Shown: positions 1 to 7,968 of the stretch, piece by piece | How the letters are laid out: the number at the start of each line of letters is the position of its first letter | How positions within the stretch are numbered: position 1 is the stretch's first letter | Source: Methanothermobacter marburgensis str. Marburg | GTDB lineage: Archaea; Methanobacteriota; Methanobacteria; Methanobacteriales; Methanothermobacteraceae | DNA length: 32,000 bases | Assembly: GCF_000145295.1 (NCBI RefSeq) | Contig: NC_014408.1 | Span: forward strand, 1,410,001-1,442,000 | Reading direction: 5' to 3' | Notes under the pieces: model-generated | The model's database searches: none | The model's input: only the letters and a program-made list of their open reading frames with translations | What the model was told of the DNA's origin: nothing | Program-made: the position numbers and the translations under genes

Positions 1-2
1 AT

Positions 3-197
3 CTTGTTATTGCCCGCGGACGGCTTGGGGTTCCGGGTTCTGGATCGCTCCTTGTGATCATGGACTCCAGGGGGAGGATACTTTCAGCTGCCATGTCACC
101 CCCCCACGTTATACACGAAATGGGGGTTCAGGAGGCCGTGAGATCAGAGATGACCCATGCCCTTGAACGGATAGGCTTCAAAAGAGGATCAGAATGA
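3..197 (+). CDS. hcgB: 3' end of a gene entering from the left edge; probably HcgB (guanylyltransferase of FeGP-cofactor biosynthesis), partial
   Basis: Frame 3 is open from the window edge to TGA 195-197 (...GVPGSGSLLVIMDSRGRILSAAMSPPHVIHEMGVQEAVRSEMTHALERIGFKRGSE*). ATGA stop/start overlap with the next gene at 194. The name rests only on its position directly upstream of hcgC (as in MJ0488/MJ0489), not on recognised motifs. Confidence 0.45.
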   Translation, partial: LVIARGRLGVPGSGSLLVIMDSRGRILSAAMSPPHVIHEMGVQEAVRSEMTHALERIGFKRGSE

Positions 198-955
198 AAC
201 ACCATGAAACAGGCATAACCGAGACGGTTAAAACATTCTTCTCAACATACAGGGTATACGACATAATCAAGCACATATCGGCAGTTAAATCAGCCGCGGT
301 TACTGAATGGCTCGCTGAAATCGATATGAAACCTGAAAGTGCCCTTATAATCGGCTCATACTTCACAGGTGCTGCGATTGCAGGTTCACTTGACTGTGAT
401 GTGACCGTTGCAGATATAAACCCACAGACACGTTTTATCCTTGATGATAACGTGAATTTCCAGGAGGGTCTTATGGACCTCAGGGGTCACTGGGACCTTC
501 TGGTTGATACAACAGGTCTCGGGGGTGTCACCGAGGATGAGCTGAGGGGCATCAGCGCGGACACATTCATCGTTGAGGACCCAGCATCAGATGGCAGCGA
601 TGATACTATAAGGAGATTCAACAGAACACGTGAAAGGCTCAGAATGGTTGAATCTGACATTTCAGGGGCCCTGCACACCTATGGCATTGGCTCCAAGACC
701 TCCGGTACAATGACTCTCACAGTTGATGTCCTGAGGAGGTCGATGGCCGATGCACTTGAATTTGAGGGTGTGCTCTATGCAACAGCAACCCTTGAATTTT
801 TTGAGAGGATACTCTTTAAGGACAGGGACCCTGAAAGATTCCTGAGAAACCTTGAATCGCCTGCCCTTGTGGTTTCCTCACTTGAAGATCTTGAATGTGA
901 TGGGATCATAGAGGGGAACCTTGAGATGATAAAATCAAGAATAATCCCTGAATAG
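194..955 (+). CDS. hcgC: HcgC, SAM-dependent pyridinol methyltransferase of FeGP-cofactor biosynthesis
   Basis: 253-aa ORF. Rossmann-like ALIIGSYFTGAAIAGSL...VTVADINP and the SKTSGTMTLTVDV segment that I recall from characterised HcgC. Lies in the hcgB-C-D-E-F order and is coupled to the upstream gene by ATGA. Confidence 0.8.
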   Translation: MKHHETGITETVKTFFSTYRVYDIIKHISAVKSAAVTEWLAEIDMKPESALIIGSYFTGAAIAGSLDCDVTVADINPQTRFILDDNVNFQEGLMDLRGHWDLLVDTTGLGGVTEDELRGISADTFIVEDPASDGSDDTIRRFNRTRERLRMVESDISGALHTYGIGSKTSGTMTLTVDVLRRSMADALEFEGVLYATATLEFFERILFKDRDPERFLRNLESPALVVSSLEDLECDGIIEGNLEMIKSRIIPE

Positions 956-1032
956 CAAATGCTGCCAGCAGTTTGAAGGTGACAGTATGAGAATGGAATC
1001 CGGATCAAAGACCCCAGGCTGCCATTTCATTC

Positions 1033-1746
1033 ATGTCCAAAGGTGATACCATCAGAATAGAATCATTTATAGAGTTCATGGAGAGCCTGGCACCGCCTGA
1101 AATTGCACTTCAAGGTGACAGGATAGGATACCATGGTCCTGAAATTGAGGTTGAATCCGTCCTGGTGCTCATGGACTACCTGGATGATGTGCCTGTGGAT
1201 GGATATGACCTCCTGGTCCTCCACCACCCACCCCAGGTTGAACCTCCGATTCCCTACTATGTCGCACATTCCAACTGGGACGTTGCCGATGGTGGTGCCT
1301 GTGATGCACTTGCAGATGCCCTTGGACTGGACGTTGAATCCTTCCTTGACCCTGAAACCGGACTGGGACGCATATGTCGTGGGGACATTACACTGGAGGA
1401 GCTCATGGAAAGAACATGTGATCTGAGACCAGGGACGGTGAGGGTGGTGAACCCCAGAGAATACCTGGACCGGGTGGCGGTTGTATCAGGTTTCGGTCTC
1501 TCAGACAGGGACCTCATAAAAAGGGCCTTCTCTGAGGGGGCCTACGTTTATCTATCAGGTGACCTCACCCATGCCTCGGCGGTTCTTGCAAGAAACCTCA
1601 ACATGACACTCATTGATGCGGGTCATCATGCAACGGAAATGCCAGGACTCCTGAGACTCTGTGATATGATAGAGGGCCTCGGGCTGGTGGTGGACATTAC
1701 TGATACAGGTACTCCATGGACAGAGTACCGCTATGAAACATTCTAG
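1033..1746 (+). CDS. hcgD: HcgD, NIF3-like iron-binding protein of the hcg cluster
   Basis: 237 aa. NIF3/YbgI-family hallmarks LLVLHHPP and C-terminal DAGHHATE. The N-terminus IESFIEFMESLAPPEIALQGDRIG is typical of NIF3. No in-frame start exists upstream (TGA at 988-990). Confidence 0.85.
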   Translation: MSKGDTIRIESFIEFMESLAPPEIALQGDRIGYHGPEIEVESVLVLMDYLDDVPVDGYDLLVLHHPPQVEPPIPYYVAHSNWDVADGGACDALADALGLDVESFLDPETGLGRICRGDITLEELMERTCDLRPGTVRVVNPREYLDRVAVVSGFGLSDRDLIKRAFSEGAYVYLSGDLTHASAVLARNLNMTLIDAGHHATEMPGLLRLCDMIEGLGLVVDITDTGTPWTEYRYETF

Positions 1747-1775
1747 TAGACTGGTTTTCACAGCTGGTGATATGA

Positions 1776-2414
1776 TTGGAGATCTCTGAACTTGAAGGTA
1801 AAAAGGTGCCCCATGGAGAGGTCACACTTGTCGGTGCAGGGAGGCTGGGCTTTCGCACCGCCCTCAACCTCATGCAGATCCACCGTGGGGGCCCTGAAAG
1901 GATAAAGGTCATCGACGGCCAGAAGGTATCTGCAGATGACCTGATATTCCGCCTCATGGGGGCGAAGATAGGTGAATACAAGGTGAAGTTCATTGAATCC
2001 CTCGCCTGTGATGGCTTTTCAAGGACCGTTCAGGGCATACCCGAGTACATCACAGGGGACAACCTTAGACTCATAGGAGGGGATGTGGTCTGTGTGGAGA
2101 TTGCGGGGGGTGATACCCTGCCCATCACCACAGAGATAATCCGGTATGCCCAGGAGAGGGGGGCAGCCACCATCAGCACCATGGGAGTATTTGGGATAGG
2201 TGAAGAGGACGTCTCAGTGGTGGATATAGATGAAGCTGACCCTGAAAACCCCATTGCAGCATATCTGCAGGCTGAGGGTATCCACGAGCACGTCCTTGTG
2301 GGTACAGGTAAACTCATAAGGGACTGGGAGCCTGTAACACCCCACGTCCTGGACAGGGTCTCAGAGGTTATGACGGCAGAGATACTCAAACTCCTTCGGG
2401 GTGCTCAGAGATGA
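1776..2414 (+). CDS. hcgE: HcgE, E1/ThiF-like adenylyltransferase of the hcg cluster
   Basis: 212 aa. TTG start at 1776 with a GGTGA SD (1766-1770) 5 nt upstream. ThiF-type nucleotide loop TLVGAGRLGFR. Position between hcgD and hcgF. Confidence 0.8.
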   Translation: MEISELEGKKVPHGEVTLVGAGRLGFRTALNLMQIHRGGPERIKVIDGQKVSADDLIFRLMGAKIGEYKVKFIESLACDGFSRTVQGIPEYITGDNLRLIGGDVVCVEIAGGDTLPITTEIIRYAQERGAATISTMGVFGIGEEDVSVVDIDEADPENPIAAYLQAEGIHEHVLVGTGKLIRDWEPVTPHVLDRVSEVMTAEILKLLRGAQR

Positions 2415-2890
2415 TAAGGGTTGCCACAGCAGAGTGCTTCACCCATGGCATCGTTGCAAGGGAGATACACGCCTACTCCATGGGTTACCCCATGAACTAC
2501 CTGTGGAGGGTTGACGCTGAGGTCTCACTCGTGGCTGGCCTCTTCATACCCACACTTTCAGGTGTGCGGAGCATCCTCAGATTTGAGCCTCCAGAACCCT
2601 CCGCCACCCTCAACGACATAAAGGTTTACACTGAAAAGGAGGATGAAAGGGTGGCCCTCATGATGGCCCGCTCTGTCAGAAGGCTAACAGGCGCGGATAT
2701 AGGTATAGGTACAACCGCTGGTACAGGGAGGGGTGGTATTGCTGTTGTATCAGATGACAGGGAGGAGGTTATAAACTCTGATGTGGAGGCAGACCTCAGA
2801 TTTTCAGGGGCAAATGAGATTCTTGCAAGACAGGAATCAGGGATAAGGAGGGCGCTGGAGTTATTTGAATCCTTTATCAGCCCCCCATAA
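2411..2890 (+). CDS. hcgF: HcgF, guanylylpyridinol-thioester forming ligase of the hcg cluster
   Basis: 159 aa. ATGA overlap with hcgE. The N-terminus MIRVATAECFTHG places a Cys at residue 9, the thioester-forming residue reported for HcgF. CinA-C/PncC-like fold family. Confidence 0.8.
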   Translation: MIRVATAECFTHGIVAREIHAYSMGYPMNYLWRVDAEVSLVAGLFIPTLSGVRSILRFEPPEPSATLNDIKVYTEKEDERVALMMARSVRRLTGADIGIGTTAGTGRGGIAVVSDDREEVINSDVEADLRFSGANEILARQESGIRRALELFESFISPP

Positions 2891-2958
2891 TATCAGAAAG
2901 TTATTTATTGTATCCACGTTATACTATCCTAAGGGAAAAATAATAGGTGGTGGTTTAA

Positions 2959-3714
2959 CTGCTTCTTGAAATAACCGACCTTGCGGTCGAGGTTAGCGGA
3001 AAACAGGTCCTCAGGGACATAGACCTCTACATCGACAGGGGCGAAACACATGTCCTTCTGGGACCCAACGGCTCAGGGAAGAGCACCCTCTTTATGACAA
3101 TCCTCGGCTTTCCAAAGTACAGGGTCACAAATGGCCAGATACTATTCAAGGGAAAGGATATAACCGATATGAGTACAACCGAGCGGGTGAGGATGGGTAT
3201 CGGTGTGAGCTTCCAGAACCCCCCATCCATAAGGGGTGTAAGGCTCATGGACCTCCTCAAGGTTGAAAGTGGCCTCAACACAGAGGATGATCTGACACCC
3301 GAACTCAGGGAACTTGCAGCGCGGATGAAATTCGATGAGAGCTTCCTTGAAAGGGATGTTAACCTTGGATTCTCAGGGGGTGAGGTGAAGAGGTCCGAGA
3401 TCCTCCAGCTACTTGCACAGAAACCCGACTTCATAATGTTTGACGAGCCCGACTCAGGTGTGGACATAGAAAACGTTGAACTCCTTGCAGAGGAGATCAA
3501 CGTCCTGCTGGACAAGGACAAGAAGCCGGGTATGAGGGAAAAGGCGGGGCTCCTAATAACCCACCTGGGCTACATACTGAACTTTGTGAATGCCGACACC
3601 GCCCATGTCCTCATGGACGGCCGTATTGCATGTTCAGGTAACCCCCGGGAGATAATTGATGATATAAGGAAGGATGGATTCAAGGGGTGTGTTGAATGCT
3701 GCGGGATACACTGA
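2959..3714 (+). CDS. sufC: SufC-type ABC ATPase of a minimal SufCB Fe-S assembly system; start codon unresolved (the canonical ATG ORF begins only at 3094)
   Basis: Walker A GPNGSGKS (3064-3087), Q-loop, signature LSGGE-like FSGGEVKR, Walker B FIMFDEPDSGVD and H-loop LLITH. The reading frame is open from 2959, just after the TAA at 2956-2958. SD AGGTGGTGG lies at 2945-2953. A length of about 251 aa from 2959 fits SufC. Confidence 0.8.
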   Translation: MLLEITDLAVEVSGKQVLRDIDLYIDRGETHVLLGPNGSGKSTLFMTILGFPKYRVTNGQILFKGKDITDMSTTERVRMGIGVSFQNPPSIRGVRLMDLLKVESGLNTEDDLTPELRELAARMKFDESFLERDVNLGFSGGEVKRSEILQLLAQKPDFIMFDEPDSGVDIENVELLAEEINVLLDKDKKPGMREKAGLLITHLGYILNFVNADTAHVLMDGRIACSGNPREIIDDIRKDGFKGCVECCGIH

Positions 3715-4928
3715 AGAAGGCTGAGAAGGCAAAGGACAAGAAGGCGCTCTACGGTGAGGACATCGACCTTGAAAGGTTCATAAGGGAAGAGGCTGGTGAA
3801 CACGAGGAGGTGACAAGGGCCAAGGAGGTTCCAAAAGAGGTCCAGGAGACCCTGCTGAGGGTTGGCGTGGACCCTGAGGAGAGGGAACGTGCAGGTACAT
3901 TCATACAGGTTGACCAGTCAGGCATCTGCACAACATGCGCCTCAGAGTCAATCGAGATCATGGGCATGAATGTTGCCCTCGATAAGTACAGCTGGCTCAA
4001 GGACTACATGTGGAAGGCCGTCGCAGTTGACACCGACAAGTACACAGCCACAACGGCCCTCAGGGAGGCTGAGGGAGAGATGGGGGGCTACTTCATAAGG
4101 TCAAAGCCCGGTGCACGTGAGGTATTCCCGCTTCAGGCATGCATGTTCATAGGCGACGAGCGGGTCATGCAGACAGCCCATAATATAGTGATTGCCGAGG
4201 AGAACTCTGAGCTGCACATAATAACAGGTTGTGCCACCGGTGAGGATGTTAGTTCAGCACTGCACGTTGGTGTATCTGAATTCTATCTGAAGCCGGGTGC
4301 CAAGATAACATTCACAATGGTACACAACTGGGCTGAACAGGTTGAGGTACGCCCACGTACCGGTATAATGGTGGGTGATAACGCAACCTACATAAACAAC
4401 TACATACTCACAAGCCCTGTGAAGAGCATCCAGTCCTACCCAACGGCCTACTGCAGCGGTGAGAACTCAAGGGTTGTGTTCCAGTCAATACTTGGGGGGC
4501 AGAAGGATTCTGTCCTTGATGTGGGATCAAGGGTCATCCTTGAGGGTAAGGGCTCAAGTGCAGAGATGGTTTCACGTGCAGTCTCAAAGGATTCATCCCA
4601 GATATACTCAAGGGGTCACCTGGCTGGTCGTGTGCCAGAGGTCAAGGGGCACCTTGAATGCCATGGCCTTGTACTCTCAGATGACTCCATGATATACGCG
4701 GTTCCTGAACTTGAGGGAAGTGCGACGGACCTTGAGATGTCACATGAGGCCGCAGTGGGTAAGATAGCCGAGGAGGAAGTCATGTACCTGACCTCAAGGG
4801 GTCTTACAGAGGAGGAGGCCGCTTCAATGATTGTGAGGGGATTCCTGAGTATGGATATAACTGGCCTTCCACCTGAACTGGCGGCTGAAACAAAGAGAAT
4901 GCTTGATATGAGCCTCAAGGGTATGTGA
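3696..4928 (+). CDS. sufB: SufB/SufD-family Fe-S cluster scaffold protein
   Basis: 410 aa. Overlaps sufC by 19 nt. C-terminal SufB/D signature HEAAVGKIAEEEVMYLTSRGLTEEEAASMIVRGF. Paired with sufC as in methanogen SufCB. Confidence 0.85.
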   Translation: MLRDTLKKAEKAKDKKALYGEDIDLERFIREEAGEHEEVTRAKEVPKEVQETLLRVGVDPEERERAGTFIQVDQSGICTTCASESIEIMGMNVALDKYSWLKDYMWKAVAVDTDKYTATTALREAEGEMGGYFIRSKPGAREVFPLQACMFIGDERVMQTAHNIVIAEENSELHIITGCATGEDVSSALHVGVSEFYLKPGAKITFTMVHNWAEQVEVRPRTGIMVGDNATYINNYILTSPVKSIQSYPTAYCSGENSRVVFQSILGGQKDSVLDVGSRVILEGKGSSAEMVSRAVSKDSSQIYSRGHLAGRVPEVKGHLECHGLVLSDDSMIYAVPELEGSATDLEMSHEAAVGKIAEEEVMYLTSRGLTEEEAASMIVRGFLSMDITGLPPELAAETKRMLDMSLKGM

Positions 4929-5062
4929 TATTGCTGGATCTGTGTCCGGCGATATAACTCATTTTTTAAAGAGTAAATTAAGAGACGAAACGGATAATAA
5001 AAACTATCTATTTCTTAAAGAATAAGTTAAGATGCAGGGCTAACGAATCAGATAATATCAAC

Positions 5063-5332
5063 TTATTCTGCGATTATTATGAACTCGCCAACCTTCTCAA
5101 CCTTCCCGAACGGGACAAGGAGGTAGTCGCCCTTCTTCTTGGCGCCCTTGACTGTCACGTTTCTCCCGCTGTCAACCTTAATGACAACGTCTGTTATTTT
5201 TCCTGTTTTATCGTTGATTATGAGCTCCTCAAGCTCCCCAAGGATACGTGCATTGTTGGTTGCAACCTGGTAGCCCTTTATTTCACTCCAGTACTTCTCT
5301 TCCCCTTTTATGAGTTTCTTCTCTTCCATCAT
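5063..5332 (-). CDS. PRC-barrel domain protein (small, about 89 aa)
   Basis: The ORF track begins at GTG 5338, which lies inside the SD AGGTGAG. ATG 5332 or 5329 is the likelier start. Sequence KGYQVATNNARILGELEELIINDKTGKITDVVIKV...LVPFGKVEKVGEFIII is typical of archaeal single-domain PRC-barrel proteins. Confidence 0.75.
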   Translation of the reverse strand: MMEEKKLIKGEEKYWSEIKGYQVATNNARILGELEELIINDKTGKITDVVIKVDSGRNVTVKGAKKKGDYLLVPFGKVEKVGEFIIIAE

Positions 5333-5912
5333 TCTCACCTAATTTTTCCAGGACATGCAGATCACTGCAGCTATTTATGTTCACTGCCAGCTCCAGCATG
5401 GAAACCTCAAGGATCCTCTGATCTTGTACTCTGTTTTTACTCATTAATATATTTACCCCGCAGGGTACTAATCCATCCATTGAATCTGAAAACTCGAGAC
5501 CATGCATTCTGCAGAGTTTTTCAGGTACAGCAACGCAGAGGGCCTCCCCACCACCTGACAGATACTCATCTATTATCCAGTCGATGGTTGATGGGGAGAT
5601 CAGCGGTAAATCCGCATTTATAACCAGAACAGGTTCATCCCGGGATTCTTCAAGGTGCGAGAGGATCTCCTGGAGGTCCTCAACGTAACCCCTCCCTGAT
5701 GCCCTGAATACGGCGTACCTCCCCTGCACATGTTCCTCTGTGAGGGGTGTGTTTGGGCTCGTTACAACTATTATCTCATGGACGCCCCTGGAAGAATCAA
5801 GGCTATCAAGGACATAATCTATCATTGGCCGTCCAGATATCTCAAGGAGGGGCTTTTCACATTCAAGGCCAAGACGTTTTCCCTCCCCACCAGCCATTAC
5901 AAGGGCCAGCAT
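5283..5912 (-). CDS. cobY: CobY-type adenosylcobinamide-phosphate guanylyltransferase (NTP-transferase fold)
   Basis: N-terminal MLALVMAGGEGKRLG nucleotidyltransferase loop. Size and context match the archaeal CobY characterised from Methanothermobacter (ORF MTH1152, as I recall). Alternative GTG start at 5918 forms a GTGA overlap with the upstream gene. Confidence 0.75.
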   Translation of the reverse strand: MLALVMAGGEGKRLGLECEKPLLEISGRPMIDYVLDSLDSSRGVHEIIVVTSPNTPLTEEHVQGRYAVFRASGRGYVEDLQEILSHLEESRDEPVLVINADLPLISPSTIDWIIDEYLSGGGEALCVAVPEKLCRMHGLEFSDSMDGLVPCGVNILMSKNRVQDQRILEVSMLELAVNINSCSDLHVLEKLGENDGREETHKRGREVLE

Positions 5913-5914
5913 GA

Positions 5915-7399
5915 TCACTCAATCCATTTATCCTCTTTCTTTGACTGGAGCTTTCTTCTCATTCCCAGTATGCATGGGCCGTTCTGCCTTCCGCCGAGTG
6001 GGGTGTGGGGTGTTCCCATGGAGTTCATGCACCTCGCCATGACAGCCGCCCCGAGTGCAAGGGCATCGGATACAAATATACAGTCCTTGAAGCGATCACC
6101 CACATTTTCCAGTATGAGTTTGGGTTTTGTGCCTGTTATACCTGCCCTTCCTGTAACCCCAAGGACCGAGCCCTCCTCGATTACACCCTCATCAAAGGCC
6201 TCATCTATCAGCCTCTTGACTATCAGTGCACTCACATGGTCCAGTGTGGCAAAGAGGGTGTGTATGCCATCCTCCTGGTATATGTCATGGCCAACCTCTG
6301 TTAGTTTCTGAAGTTTATCCCCATTCTTACCGGCGTCGCACCCTATGAGTGTTGTCCCTGCGCTGTATGCTGCCTCTGTATCCACCGGGACTGTCCCGAA
6401 CCTTTTTCTGTTGACAGGCACCTTTCTTATATCGATTATCTCATCGTGTATCATCTCGGCGTGTTTCCTTGCCTTCTTCCAGTTGGCGCCCTTCAGCACG
6501 GATTTCTTGTAGAGGTCAAGTGCGGCCCCACCCCTGCAGTCCACCATTTCGGTTCCCCTGATTATGGCGTCGGATATTGCACCTGCAAGGCCGCAGAAGT
6601 TTCCAATGGTCCTTGCGTAGGGTTCATCGGAATTTACTATTCTACCGGCAAGGGTTGTCCCGAAGTCCAGGGATACGCAGGGGTTTCTGTAATCAACAGT
6701 TGTCCACTTTGAGCCCACCTTGATACCTGCAGTTACAAGTTCGCCCTCCATCTCATTTGCAACGACCTCCCTTCCTGTTGGGGGTATGACACTTGCAACC
6801 GCGCCATCGAATATGACCCTGTCAAGGTATGAGAAGTCCCTGAGGCGTTTGGGGATGTTCTCTATGGAGAGGGCTGGGGCCATTTTCCGTGGGGGTATTC
6901 CTGCTGCGAGACAGCCATCTGCAAGGGCTATTATGAGTTTACCCACCTCCTCAGGTGATCCAAAGCCGGCTGTAACACCAGTTGACCTCACCACGAAGTC
7001 AAGGTCCTTTTCTATGTCAACCTTAGCCCTTCTGAGGGACTCATGTATTGTGTCCCGCACCAGTTCAGAGACAGATTCCTTTGTGAGTTCAACACCCCAT
7101 ACCGTCTTACCGAATACCTCCTCGCCCTCCTTAGGGGGTCTTATGTCACGGGTCATCTTCACGGTCTCATCAAGGAGGTATGTTCTGCTTGTGTTGAGGT
7201 TGGTGGCTGTCAGTATACACTTGGTTGTTGTGTTACCCAGTTCAACCGATGCCACGATGTAGTAGACGTCCGGGCGCATTGAGTAACCGGACCCCACGGT
7301 TTTCTTTGTGAATGGTGCTGTTTTTGTATCCTCTATGCTTATGAATCTGCTCTTTGCAATAATTGGCTTTGGACCAAATAGTCTGCTCAAAAATGACAA
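5915..7399 (-). CDS. Methanogen-specific ASKHA (actin/Hsp70-like) ATPase-fold protein, probably methanogenesis marker protein 14
   Basis: 494 aa. TTG start at 7399 preceded by a GGGGGT SD with a 6-nt spacer. Phosphate-1 motif VELGNTTTKC, phosphate-2 SLDFGTTLAG and adenosine motif GVTGRAGITG. The marker-14 name is recalled, not verified. Confidence 0.65.
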   Translation of the reverse strand: MSFLSRLFGPKPIIAKSRFISIEDTKTAPFTKKTVGSGYSMRPDVYYIVASVELGNTTTKCILTATNLNTSRTYLLDETVKMTRDIRPPKEGEEVFGKTVWGVELTKESVSELVRDTIHESLRRAKVDIEKDLDFVVRSTGVTAGFGSPEEVGKLIIALADGCLAAGIPPRKMAPALSIENIPKRLRDFSYLDRVIFDGAVASVIPPTGREVVANEMEGELVTAGIKVGSKWTTVDYRNPCVSLDFGTTLAGRIVNSDEPYARTIGNFCGLAGAISDAIIRGTEMVDCRGGAALDLYKKSVLKGANWKKARKHAEMIHDEIIDIRKVPVNRKRFGTVPVDTEAAYSAGTTLIGCDAGKNGDKLQKLTEVGHDIYQEDGIHTLFATLDHVSALIVKRLIDEAFDEGVIEEGSVLGVTGRAGITGTKPKLILENVGDRFKDCIFVSDALALGAAVMARCMNSMGTPHTPLGGRQNGPCILGMRRKLQSKKEDKWIE

Positions 7400-7442
7400 C
7401 TGATTACCCCCTGATTTAATGTAATATTGTATCCGGGGGGAT

Positions 7443-7450
7443 AATATAAA
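7443..7450 (-). promoter_or_regulatory. Candidate TATA box (TTTATATT on the minus strand) for the ASKHA-ATPase/cobY/PRC-barrel operon
   Basis: The minus strand reads AAAATTTATATTATCC. The box centre lies about 47 nt upstream of TTG 7399. This leaves room for a roughly 20-nt leader carrying the GGGGGT SD. Confidence 0.45.
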
Positions 7451-7527
7451 TTTTATGAATAAATCCAGATGAAAAATAATAAAAGGTATTCCTCTGTGGC
7501 GTTTGGTGGGTTTTTTGATGTAAGCTG

Positions 7528-7968
7528 CTAAACCGTCCTCACCAGGTGTATGGTGCAGGGTGCGTAATGTACCACCTTTTCTGACACACTGCCAAGGAGG
7601 TGCTTGTCAACCAGGCTCTTACCTGTACCCATTATGATGACGTCAACGTCCTCCTCCTCTGCAAGTTTAACTATTTCGTCTGCAGGGTTCCCCTCAAGCA
7701 TAACTCCCCTGAACTTCACGTTGGGGTTCTCTGGACCTGTGAGTCCCTTCTCCATGTCCCTGAGGATCTCCTTACCCCTCTCTGTTAACTCCTTAACCAT
7801 CATCTCCTTAACCTTCTTTGGGGTGAGGAAGGGTACAGAGGTATCAACCACGTAGAGGCATATAACCTCCGCCTCCCTTCCATGGAGGAGGTCCAGGGTG
7901 TGCTCTATGAGTTCGTCCATGTATTCTCCCATTGTTGGAACCAGAATTTTTCTGTACATTTCAATCAC
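7528..7968 (-). CDS. Universal stress protein (UspA family)
   Basis: YRKILVPT...EVICLYVVD...[37 protein letters not shown], with the G-x2-G-x9-G(S/T) ATP motif. GTG 7968 overlaps the upstream stop (GTGA). ATG 7959 is an alternative start. Confidence 0.85.
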
